From contig NC_083236.1 of the NCBI RefSeq assembly GCF_032191835.1, forward strand, positions 34,162,001-34,226,000: 64,000 nucleotides of DNA, given 5' to 3'. Position numbers and translations under genes: made by a program. Source of the stretch: Heteronotia binoei (lineage: Eukaryota). The notes beneath the pieces were generated by a model. That model worked only from the letters and a program-made list of their open reading frames with translations, was not told the DNA's origin and searched no databases. This document shows, one piece after another, positions 36,581-48,364 of the stretch (positions within the stretch are counted from its first letter, which is position 1; each line of letters starts with the position of its first letter).

Positions 36581-39500
36581 TGCATTCCCTACTCAGTTCG
36601 GGGGGAGTGGTTGGTTAAGAGAGGGGACTGTATGTGCTCAGCTGTCCTGAAACCAGTTGCTCCCATTTGGGTATCCTCATGCTTATAAATGCAGGTTATT
36701 TTGAACACACCCATCTGTGTTGCGTGACACTTAAGAGCAGGAACCTGAATGAGCGAGTCATTCAAATAATCCTGCAGCATTGATCCTTTGCCCTGCTAGG
36801 AAAGACACACTCACGAAGTCTATAGCAGGGGAAGGTGCACTCAGAGGCTGCTGAAATCTACCAATGCAGCACTTACAATTGGTAATGCTAAGAGGCTAAA
36901 ATGAATTTGGGGTAATGGAGAAATGTAATGGGTAAATCACTTTCTGTTTGTCCGTTGCTTTGAAAACCCTGCTAGACCACCATTAAGTTTTATTCAACGT
37001 GATGACACTTTACACATGCACGTAGCCTACTTGGAGGGGTGGGGCTTGGCTCAGTGGTAGAGCATCTGCTCGGCATGATGATGGTTTCAGGTTCAATCCC
37101 TGGCATATCCTGGTAGAAAGATCAGGTAGGAGGTGATGTGAACCTGGAAAGCTGCTGCTAGTCCAAGAAGACAATACTGACTGATTGACTAAAGGCTCTG
37201 ATTCAGTATAAGACAGCTTCATATGCTCATGTGCCTGGGGCTTTGCTTTTTCTCCTCAGACATTGTCCTGGGCAGCACCAAGCATGAATAGCAAAGGGTA
37301 ATGTTTTTGAAACTACAATGAAGCTTCCTCAAAGAAGTCTCTGGAGAAGTAAGCATATAAATAATGGAGCAGTGGGTACCCAGGAGTTGCAACCTTTAAT
37401 CCCTTGCAGCTTGGACTCTGGGGACCCATATGTAGGAGCACAGCTGCGCATGATTTGACTGGGGAGGGGGCAAGACGGTGGTCATCTCTTACTATTTGGA
37501 ACATGATAGTGAAATGTATTGAGCTGGTGTGGACCACAGAGACTGGTGTGGGGCAGGCAAGAGCAAATGGCTGCTTTGCATTGGTGGCATGGTCTGGCAT
37601 GGAGCAATATGGGGGAGGGGGGCTAAAGTAGCCCACCTGCAGGCATCAGGAACACCACTGCCTTCAAGGCTGCAAAGCAATGATAGCTAAGATGGAGTCC
37701 AGTCTGTTTATAAAGGTGAAGGCTAGATGGTGATGGGCAGTCTGTGACACCTGTGTTTTAATGGGATCGAGCATCTGTTTGGCAAGCAGAAGGTTCCAGA
37801 TTTGGTCCCTGACATTTCCAGCTAAAAAGATCAGGTAGCAGATGATGTGAAAGACCTCCACATAAGGTTGCCAGGCCCCCTGGTGGAGACAAGGGTCTCC
37901 TGCTGCCAGACTCTACCCCCAGCCACCAATCAGCTGGCCAGCGAGGGACACTTAACAAGAGAAAGGAGAAGACCTAGGCCTCATTGCTAGTGTCACATAG
38001 GAAGTGATGTCATCATGCCAGTGACATCTGAGTGATACTCTGACATTTGAGTGATACTCTGACATCTGGGTAAAAACGCTATGGTAAAAACCATTTTTAC
38101 CACAGAGCTTTTGCTCAAATGCCAGAGTGTTGCCTGGACAATGCTGGCGTGATGCCACTTCCTTTGCAATGCTGGCAATGCTGGCAACAAGACCTAATCC
38201 TTTTTCCTTGTAAGTGCCACCCCATCCTCTGTCAGTTGCCAGGATCTGGCTACACTACCTCTACCTGAGACCTTGGAGAGCTGCTACCCATCCAAGCAGA
38301 CTATTGACCTTAATCATGCAGTGTGTTAAGGCAGCTTCACGTGTGTTCATGTGGCTTAGAGTTCAGCTCAAGTTTAGCCCTGGAGCCTGTTTTTCAAGCC
38401 AGGAATATAAGAGTGCCTCTAAGCATGGGCTGAGGGTGTATACCACTGAAGAACCACAACTGTCCCTCCACACACTTTGAAGCCAAAGACTGTACTTTCC
38501 GAACACACAAGGCAGGCATTGCTGGTTAGCTGAGGAGAAAGTATGAAGTAGCTGGCATAATACCGCTTTGAGACTAGCACCACCCCTCCATGTGCTTGGT
38601 TCCCATAATACCTGCTCAACCTGTGTATTTACAAATATGTATTGTAAAGGCATTAGATGTCTCCTGTGTTTGTTCATTAGAAGGCTTCAAGAGCTGCCTT
38701 GAACTGCTCACCCAGGAAAGGAAGGCCCTGCCAGAAACATCTGATCCCACTGCGGGTTTGCTTTGAGTCAACATACTTGACTCTCTGATGGGGGAAAGCA
38801 TGCTCAGAGGTCACTGAAATCACCGATGTAGCAGTTCTAATTGATCAGGTGAATAGGCTAAACTTTACCTTAGACTGGCAGAAAGCCCCACATTTCTCAA
38901 AAGTGGAATGAGAAACTTTTCAGGACTAGAATGTGCTGTGGAATTTAGGACTCATCTATGTATTCCTGGTCACTTTCATTCCAGCAGAGGTAGGTTTCAC
39001 CCAAGTATTGCCAGTTTATTTACTTCTCTTCACCTGCAAAGTGGTAGTTTGTTTTTTTAAAAGCAGGATCTTATTAGCTCCCTTTTCCAACATCCTTTGG
39101 AGGTCTGCTGTTAACTTACCATTAATACCAGAAAACCTTCATTTAGAGACCACCACCTTTTCCAATGAGACTCAAAGCAGATCATATGAAAAATAATTCA
39201 AATAAGCAAGGATCTCTCATAAACCATTACAGAACCTAGTGACAAAGCACCTTGAACTGGCTCTGAGTATTAGAAACCTTGACTGGGCACATGAGCCTAC
39301 ATTTGATGGCGCTGTGGTTCCTGTTCATGCTTTGTTACACTCAGCTCCCAATCCAATGGGGCACGTTTCTGTGAAACCTTCATTGCAATACATGGAAGCG
39401 GTGTAAGAGTTGTGTGCAATGCTAGCCACACAATGGTCATAACAAGTGGGTTATTGGATGAGGATCTGGAGACCTGGGCTCAAATCCCTCGTGTCATGGA

Positions 39501-40199
39501 AGCTATCTGGATGACCCTGGGCTAGTCACACACTCTCAGACACTCTGAGACCTACCTTACAGGGTTGTTGTGAGGATACAATGGAATTGAGAACTATATG
39601 AGCTGGTTCAACATATTTAGAGGACTCCTGAACATCTCCAGCTGCCCTCTAGGTATCTTTTCCTCCCTTTATTAATTTAACCTCACCCTGAAGAAGTGTT
39701 CTGTATAGCTCAGAAATGTGCATAGCATATTGTGAGTCTTAATTGGTCCTAATAAAAAGGACTTTAAGATGTAGCTAAATGAGCTAGTATGGCTGTCTGG
39801 CTTTGCTTCTCCTCCCTGAACATTGCTCCTTCAAGCAACTGAGTTGGCTCCAGAGCAAATGCGCAATTTCCTCTGATTCCCCCCCTCCCACTGCAGACCC
39901 CACCCCCCAATGTCATTCCTTGGGGTTCCCCATTCCCCAGGAGCAGAATTTTGTGGAGATCTGGGGAAGGCAGGAAAGTTCCCATCTGCCAATGGAAACT
40001 GAGCCTCTATACATCCCTTGGCTTGGATCACCTCCGAAATAAAGTTGGATTTTGCCACCCTCCCTGGGGAAAACCATAACCCTGCCAAGCTGTTCCATCT
40101 CCTGCCCTTTGGGTCCAGATTCTCCTTGCTCAGTTTATGACAGGGCAAAACAGCAAAGAAAGGTGTGAGAGAGCAAACAAGACACCGAAGATGTCCTTT

Positions 40200-41200
40200 T
40201 GCGACAGAAAGCCTATTTAAAAAAATCGTGTTAGTCTCAAACGGCGGGAAATGACTTCATCCTTTTTTGGGCCGCAAACAGAAGCCGGGGGCCCTCCTCT
40301 TCCTGGCTGCTGTGGTGATGAGTAATCTTGTTGGCCCGTGGAGAAAAGCCGAGCTGACGGCTGGTGCAGGCGGACAAGGGAGGGAGAGCTCGACCTGAAC
40401 TGGTAGGTGCAATAATGAAATATTACTAGTGCCTTTAGTAAGCGCAGGATGGTAAGGCTTCAGTACTACAGCAGGAGCCCTCTGCTCACGACCTGAGGTC
40501 GATCCCAGCTTGGTTCAGGTAACCGGCTCCAGGTCGACTCAGCCTTCCATCCTTCCGAGGTCGGTAAAATGAGTACCCAGCTTGCTGGGGGGAAAGTGTA
40601 GGTGACTGGGGAAGCTAATGGCAAACCACCCCGTAAAAAGTCTGCGGTGAAAACGTTGTGAAAGCAACGTCACCCCAGAGTCGGAAACGACTGGTGCTTG
40701 CACAGGGGACTACCTTTACCTTTTTTTAGTGAGAGCAAGAACCGAGGGCGGGACCGTCGCGTCCCCAGGATCGCTAAAAAAGCATACTGCCCCGGTGCGC
40801 GGTTTTGCTAGTTGCGGATGACCCATCCCACCGCCCGGCGATGCGGAGGGCCAGCCCGCGAACAAGCGAGTTGCAAACGGTCTGCCACTTCCAGCGGCTT
40901 CAGCGGATGGCGTCGCTCAATCGGCCGGGTTTGAAGCCTTCCCATGTGATCCCACCAGGCCGCTTTCGTCACCAGAGCCGGGGATTAACTCTTCTTCCTC
41001 CCCCGTTTGAGCCTGTTGGTCTCCTGTGCTGTGGAGCCGCCTTTCTGGGGAGGGTGTTTGGTTGTGTAGCTGCGAATGCAGCCCCCGCAACAACGGGGCC
41101 TCTACAGGGCAGATTTCCCTGCCTCGGTTTCCTTACCGTGGCTAGCACCCCCTCCCCTACAGCCAGGGCTTTTCCGGTTTTTATTTTTAAGAAATCAGCA
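40200..41200. promoter_or_regulatory. Second CpG-rich region, probable FBXL8 promoter, interrupted by a SINE
   Basis: High CpG; E2F-like GGCGGGAAA (40243-40251) and GC box GGGCGGGAC (40746-40754). Lies 3.6 kb upstream of the FBXL8 ATG exon, which starts with an acceptor. Role is inferred. Confidence 0.55.
40430..40727 (+). mobile_element. SINE with Meta-like core and RTE tail (Squam2-like), near full length
   Basis: Core GACTCAGCCTTCCATCCTTCCGAGGTCGGTAAAATGAGTACC, then AATGGCAAACCAC (shared with BovB near 22217), then an ACCTTT-type tail. Confidence 0.8.
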
Positions 41201-41504
41201 ATAAAAATTTATGCGTTTTCTCTAAACTCCCAGCTTTCTTTTTTTTCTTTTAAAGGGATGAAGGAATCTCTTTGTAGAGAGATTATTTCCTTCTTGTAAC
41301 TGCAATGAAAGGGGATAGAGAGTTAGTTTTTGGCTTAAATGAAAGATGGTCTTTCTGTTGGGTCTGGTTTAGGATGGCGGAACTAGTCAGGCAGCCGTCC
41401 TTACTTTCACTTGGCAGAGTGCTCTTGCTGAGCTTCAGCGCAGCACCATGTTCTAGTCTAATGGTTACCACACTATCTCACGCTATTAACAATTAGGTCC
41501 TCTA

Positions 41505-41712
41505 CTGCTCCACGTACACCTGCTTGAATGGCCTTGGGTCAGCCATAGCTCTGACAGAGGTTGTCCTTGAAAGGGCAGCTGCTGTGAGAGTCCTTTCAGC
41601 CCCACCCATCTCACAGGGCGTCTGTTGTGGGGGAGGAAGATAAAGGAGATTGCAAACTGCTCTGAGACTCTTGAGATTTGGAGTGGAGGGTGGGATATAA
41701 ATCCAATATCTT
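41505..41712 (+). mobile_element. Squam3-like SINE, 5'-truncated
   Basis: Aligns to 7560-7770. Confidence 0.8.
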
Positions 41713-42446
41713 CCAGATCTTCTTTTAGGCCAACAAGGCACTGACCTATGGACCCCCACACCTTTAGGAGCTATAGACCAGCTCCCCCTCGCCCCCCCCC
41801 CTGTTTTTTTCCTTGCTTGCAGCACTCCCAACCTGTACACACAGCCAGCAACTGAGCCGCTCTTTGCCCAACTTGCCTGGTGAGATCTCTGCCTCTATCC
41901 CACAGCTTTGTCAAAGGGGCTTTTGAGAAGCTGCATGCAGGATGCAGTGGGGGCCAAGGGCAGCCGGGTGGGCGCTCCAACTCAGATAATTTGCCAGCTG
42001 CTCCCCCCCCCCCCAGATTTTGACTGCCTGGGGCCTCCAAAGGGTTTAATCTGGCACTGCTGTTCCACAGACTGCACAGGGAGCCTTTGCTTTAAATTAA
42101 GAAACCAATACTGGTGGATTTAGTTAAAGAAACATAACATGTAAGTGTAGCGGAGAGAAAGAGTGGCTATCTATTCTAGCCAACTATGGATGGCTTTGTC
42201 TTGATAGTAGGCCATCTGCTTAGTTCAGGTCAGGAGAGACACCACATTACTCCTGATGCATGGAGGGAAGAAGAAAAAGAAGAACAAACAGGAAGGATGT
42301 TCTATGAGATTACATTCTATTTGTTATAGAGGGTGAGTAAAAGCAGAGCAGACAGGAAGGAGACTGATATTGTCCTAGCTACCTAGCTTGGTCTATGGTA
42401 TTTGTAGTCTTGGAGGACTAAGCAAGAATGCCAGTCTGTTCTTCTT

Positions 42447-43092
42447 CAGGGGTGTTGAACTCATTTGTTAGGAGGGCCAGAGTTGACATAGATGAGACCT
42501 TATTGGGCTGGGCCATGTGTGTCATAAAATGTAATGCCAGAAAGCAGAGATATATGCTTTATAAAGGACACAGACAAACACAATTAAAGATTTTTTTAAA
42601 AAAAACTTTAAAAACATTAGCACTCTTGCAATATTTTGTTTATTTAACAGTCTCTGATAACTGACACATCTTGTTCTGAATTATTGCATAGAAATCTAGA
42701 GACAATGTACGGTATATGCTGTAGAAATCTTGAGTATGCTGTTCAGGTGGTTATCTGTAAGTTGCAAACCTACTTTTGATTTATTAACATTCATTACAGA
42801 AATCTCATGGTCAATGCTTTGAGCCTGCGACCCAGAGGAAAACATGAAATGGCAGGGCATTGCGAGCTTTTGTACATAAATTGCTTCATGTGGTGGTCAG
42901 CCAATGGAGAAAACAGAGACTTTGCTCTGTAGCTCTTGTGTGATTGAGCAAGCCTGGCAAAGCAACTGGTGATGCAGAAGGAAGCAAGAGAGAGAGAGAG
43001 AAGGAAGCAGATTACAGTGAGTTGCTCGCAGGCCTGATAGGAGCCCTCTGGAGGCCTGATCTGGCCCTCAGGCCACATGTTCGACACCCCTG
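42447..43092. mobile_element. Non-autonomous hAT-like element
   Basis: Termini CAGGGGTGTTGAAC / GTTCGACACCCCTG; inverted homolog of 27262-28272. Confidence 0.75.
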
Positions 43093-43189
43093 TACACTTT
43101 CCAGGGACCTGATAGATGGTTATAATGACATTAATATAATGATTTGTTTAAACAAAAGAGAAAGAATTCCCATGGTACTGCCCTAGAAA

Positions 43190-43532
43190 AACTTGATGCT
43201 TAGAAAGGTTATGTTTTGTTTTGTTTTGCTTATCTGGTGACTCTCTTGCTGATTGTATAAAGAGCCATTGAGGTTCCACATACTATCCTTGTTGACAAGT
43301 TGGTAAAATGTGGTTTGGATCCTGTTACCGTTAGTTGGATCTGTAACTGGTTGACAGATTGCATCCAAAGAGTGCTTGTGAATGGTTCCTCATCCTCTTG
43401 GAGAGGAGCGACAAGTGGAGTGCCTCAGGGATCTGTCCTGGGACCTGTTTTGTTCAACATCTTTATCAATGATTTGGATGAAGGAATAGAGGGAATGCTT
43501 ATTAAATTTGCAGGTGATACTAAATTGGGAGG
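43190..43532 (+). mobile_element. CR1 RT-domain fragment
   Basis: Translates ...[66 protein letters not shown], with FADD decayed to FAGD. Confidence 0.92.
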
Positions 43533-44774
43533 GCAGTACTGAGCCTTGGCAGTACCGAGCCCTTCCTCCCTGGCGTACCCGTCTGTCTGACTTTAATGAA
43601 TCATCCTCTTCCACTCTGCCCCCTCCCGTGGCCCTTATCGTGCCTTTATTAGACCTGCTGCATCCCAGGCAGGCATGAGCAGGTGTTCCCCTTCCCTCCC
43701 TGTGGTATTGGCACACTGCCAGTGGAGTGGGTCCAGCCTTCTGTTCCCAGTGGAATTGCCCATGGGTGGGTCCTTGCCATGGCAGCCCTCTGCGGGCCCC
43801 CTCTCGGCTGTCGGGGGCAGTGTGGTCCAGTCCAGAGCCAAGGCCAGGGCCTCAAGAGCCGAACACTAGCATGCACTGAATTTGTATTAGATCCTGGACC
43901 TTGTATATATTTGACTAGTGGAAAATGGGCAGCTGTGTTGATCATCAGGCCTTGCATTAAATTCTGTAAGTGGAGTAAGAAGATGAATGTTTTTTATAGA
44001 CCGCTGACTAGCTGGTAAAAAGGGTCTTGGAGCCCTCCTGAAGTTTACTGAGTAATCTTTACTCCAGATTACTGAGATAAGTTCTCCTGCAGAAAACAGT
44101 TGCTTTGGAGGGTGGAATCTATGGGAATTTCCCCTGCTGAGGTCTCTCCTCTTCTCTAAACTCCACCTCAGATCCCCAAATCCCCAGGAATTTCCCAACC
44201 TGAAGATGGCAACCCTAATTCATCACCTATAGTATGCCCAAACACCCTCCTCCTACACCTGACCAAATAGTTTGACCCCAAGATGCAGACAATACAATCC
44301 TAGAACAGAAGTTCCTACTGGAAAACTGAGATCTTGAGGACAGACCAGGTGGAGACAAGCAAGTTAGTAAATAGTTTGCAGGGTTTCAAAAACCTGCCAA
44401 ATCCATTTCATTGGGGCCCATGTCCTGACCTCAAGTAATGCTAACTCTGTCATTCTGGCTTAAAAAAAAATCTAGTCCCTCTCCGGGTTCATTCCTGAGA
44501 AGAGAGATGTGATGGTGCAAATACTTTATCCTGTGATTTCTGGTGGGAAACTACTGTCATGTTGCACCTGGCTTCAAGGCAAGAGACGAACAGAGGTGGT
44601 TTGCTAAAATGGTTCTGTGAATCTTACTTGGCCACATTATCCTCTTACCTCTCCTTTATTCCCCTCCCTTTTTGAGCATCAGCTGATACGTCTGCTTGGG
44701 GGGCAAATTATTATTATTTTTCTTTTTAGTGCAGAGATCTGCTGTTGGAGTTTGAAATCAGCTGCCTCAAAAGG

Positions 44775-44932
44775 ATGCCAATACTGGACATTTGGGACAT
44801 GATCCCGGAAGAAATTTTGTCCCACATATTTTGCTACCTCCCTCTCAAGGACAGACTCGCAGCCTTCCAAGTGTGTAGGCGCTGGGCTGTGGCGGTTTCT
44901 GCCAGTTCCGTCTGGAACTTCACAGAGGTCAG
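44775..44932 (+). CDS. FBXL8: FBXL8 first coding exon (F-box)
   Basis: [52 protein letters not shown] is an F-box resembling FBXL8. Acceptor near 44729-44734; donor AG|GTAAGG; phase 2. Confidence 0.93.
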
Positions 44933-45619
44933 GTAAGGAGTGGCAGCTCAACTCTTCTGTTAGCCCCCCTCCCCCTGTTGCCTTATCTCCTGGAGAAGTC
45001 TTGCCTTTATTTACTAACTCGCTTCCTTCCTCTCCACCCATTCTGTCCTCAAGATCTGTCCTCATTCTGTCCCCAAGACCAGTAAGAACTTCTGCTCTAG
45101 GACTGTATCGTCTGCATCTTGGGATCACCTCGCTCTCCTCACCCTCTCTGCTTACTATTTAGTAAATGTCTAATCCAGTTGGCTTCAATGTAATACAGTG
45201 GCAAGAGCGCTGGACTAGGACCAGAGAGACATGAGTTCAAATCTCCATTCAACCATGAATGTCACTTGGATGATCCTGGGCCAGTAACTCTCTCTCTTCC
45301 TGGACCTAGAGTGCTTCAAGTTGCAGCTGACTGATGGCAACCCCTAGTGGGGTTTTCAAGGCAAGAGACGTTCAGAAGTGGTTTGCCATTGCCTGCCTCT
45401 GCATACGGTCCCCGGGTTTCCTTGGTGGTTTTCCAGCCGACTAGGAACCTGGACTGACCCTGCTTAGCTTCAAGATCTTATGAGAGCAGGCTAGATGGGG
45501 CCATCCATCTCTGTTTAAGCAACATCAAAAGATTGTTACGAGTCGTTCTCTTCATCTGCTTGCACTTTGTGCCCATGAAGTACTTAGTGCTGCTGGTTCT
45601 GCTGCCTTTAATTTAATTT

Positions 45620-46210
45620 AAATTTAATTTAATTTTTGGATTTATATCCCGCCCTATCTCACAAGCGGGCTCAGGGCGGCTTACAACAGTAAAACAACAG
45701 AGTTAAAATAATATCATGAAAACAGACATTACAAAACAGGAGCAGCACAGTTTACAATCTTAAGAACATAAGAGAAGCCCTGTTGGATCAGGCCAGTGGC
45801 CCATCCAGTCCAACACTCTGTGTTACACAGTGGCCAAAAACTGTTACAGACATAGGCAACAAAACCACCCAACAGCATGTGGTTGATGGCTAACAGCGTA
45901 GCATAACAAACATCATAATGGTGAAATGCTGGGGGAAGTGATGGCTTTCAAAGGACGCCCACTGGATTAATTTGAAGCCTGGCGGAAGAGTTCTGTCTTA
46001 GAGACCCTGCAAAACCTTGATAAGTCCTGCAGGGCCCGGATCTGCAGCAGGAGCTCATTCCATCAGGTAGGGGCCCAGACCGAAAAGGCCCTTGTTGAAG
46101 CCAGGCAGACATCCTTAGGACCAGGGACTATGAGAAGATGTTGAGTAGCAGACCTGGGTGGGAGAGGCAGTCCCGAAGATATGCAGGCCCCTGGCCATAA
46201 AGGACCTTAA
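45620..46210 (-). mobile_element. L2-like LINE 3' fragment with a CR1 3' tail inserted at about 45760-45838
   Basis: AT-rich tail, GGGCTCAGGGCGGCTTACA 3' motif, and GGGCCCAGACCGAAAAGGCCC region similar to the 56.3-56.85 kb element. Confidence 0.65.
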
Positions 46211-47283
46211 AGAAACAGACAGTGCAATCCTACCCTGAGTTACAGTCTTCTAAGAGTTATACTTTCCTAAGTCCACTGGCTTCAATAGACTTGCAGCAGT
46301 GTAGCGCTGCTTGGGACTGTAGTGTATCTTTGAGGGCATTGGATAGTGTGGGGCCTTAAATTATTTAATGGAGAATAGAATGGTTCTCAAGCATAAAGTC
46401 ATGGGTCTTGGCCACTGGTTTTCCAAACGATGATAGTGACAATAACTGAAGTAATCTCAGGCCTCATCTAAACAATATAAACACATTCCTGGCCAGTGAC
46501 TTGACATCTATCAAGAATCCTTGCCGTAAGTGTTGATGGTTGCAAATTTTAATCTGCTTTGAGTGATACAAAAGGTTTTTTTTAACTGTCCATGGAGTCC
46601 TGGAGGCTTCTTATCCCATAAGTCACTTCAGACTTCCTGTAGGAAGTTGCAGAAGCCAGTACTTTGAAAGGGGAACCATAGACACTGAAAGCTAGACTGC
46701 TCTCATTTTTTAGAGGGCTTGGAATCAGAACTTTATGGCCAGCCAATACAGAAAGCCTTCTGCCAAGGGACTATAATACAAACATTCAGAATGCCATAGG
46801 CCAAAAGATCACAGGACACTATATTGAAATTCTAGAGGTGGATCCCTGCAGTGGCAAGGTACCAACTCAGCATGCCAAATGCACACGACAAATCTTAGAA
46901 ATGAGCAAATAGGACAGCAGAAGTTACCCTAGGACCTCAGAAACTGTGCTGGAGCAAAACTTATGTTCATCAGGAGCCACAGCTGTTGGACTCTTGCCTT
47001 GAAAATGCTATGGGGTCACCATAAGTGGGCTGCAGAGGTTTTTTTAAAGTCGACTTTTTAAAAGTCAGCTGCAACTTGACAGTGCTTTCTACCCTAGCTC
47101 AGTGGTGGAATACATGCTGCAGTTGGCAGAAGGTCTCAGTTTCAAACACTAGCATCTCCCATTCAAGGATCTCACTAACAGGTACTGGATAAAATAGTAA
47201 AGAGTCCAGTAGCACCTTTAAGATTAACAAATTTTATTGTTATAGTATAAGCTTTTGAGAATCACAGAGCTCTTACAGATCTA

Positions 47284-47549
47284 GACCGTTTTCGCACACA
47301 GCTTACCTCGCAGTCACACTCCTGTTCCCTCCACAGCGTCTGGTCGGATTTTCCACCACCTGCGCTGAAGTTACAGGAAGTGCTGCGGCTTTTGCGTAGC
47401 AAACGTAAACTACTAAAAGCCAGTTTACGTTTGCTACGCAAAAGCCGCGGCACTTCCTGTAACTCCGGTGCAGATGGTGGGAAATCCAACAGATGCTGCG
47501 GAGGGAACAGGATTGTGACTGCGAGGTAAGCTGTGTGCGAAAACAGTGC
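47284..47549. mobile_element. Fold-back MITE (about 127-bp arms, about 90% complementary, 10-nt loop)
   Basis: 11 substitutions and 1 gap between arms. Flanked by TA on both sides (CTAG context), so Tc1/mariner versus PIF/Harbinger is unresolved. Confidence 0.92.
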
Positions 47550-47787
47550 TAGATAGCCTGGATCTAGGTATTGGGTAAGATCTTTCTTTGCCAGAGACAT
47601 CGAAAAAACTGCTACCATTCTCTATAAAGACTGGACGAGAAGGACCAGTGGCCTGATTCAGTATAAAGCTGTTTGTGAACTGAACCTTCCAAAGGGTTCT
47701 CACAGGTGCCTTTGACCCGCCCCACCTCAATGTTTGCAGGAGTCTGCCTTATTTTAGAGTAAAGCAATAAATGCAAATGGTTAATAC

Positions 47788-48071
47788 CAGGGCTTTCTTT
47801 GTAGAAAAAGCCCTGCAGGAACTCATTTGCATATTAATAATAATAATAACAATAAATTTTATTTATATTCCGCCCCCCCCCCCCGCCGAGGCAGGCTCAG
47901 GGCGGCTTACAGGACAATATTAGGCCACACCCCTGATATCACCATTGTTTCACATAGGGCTTTTTTTAGGAAAAGCTCAGCAGGACCTCATTTGCATATT
48001 AGGCCACACACCCCTGGCACCAAGCCAGCTGGAACTGTGTTCCTGTGCATTCCTGTTCAAAAAAAGCCCTG
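47788..48071. mobile_element. hAT MITE with a nested retroposon tail (47837-47916)
   Basis: Perfect TSD GTTAATAC at 47780-47787 and 48072-48079; the nested insert is flanked by ATATTA at 47831-47836 and 47917-47922. Confidence 0.88.
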
Positions 48072-48364
48072 GTTAATACTAGTGTTAATATAGTAGCATC
48101 CTGAATAGCCTGGTCTAGTTCAAGTTCAGGAGAGCTTGGAAGTGAAGCAGGATCAGCTATGGCTAATATTGGGGAGGAGACCACCAAGGAAGACCAGGGT
48201 TGCTATACAGAGGCAGGCAGTGGCAAAACCACCTCTGTTCACCTCTTGTCTTGAGGACCCCTTGAGGGTTGCCATAAGCTAGTTGTGACAACAGCACTTC
48301 TTATGCTTTTTTCATATAACCCCAGAAATTTCCAGTTCTGTTTCTTTTCCCAATGCTCTTTCAG

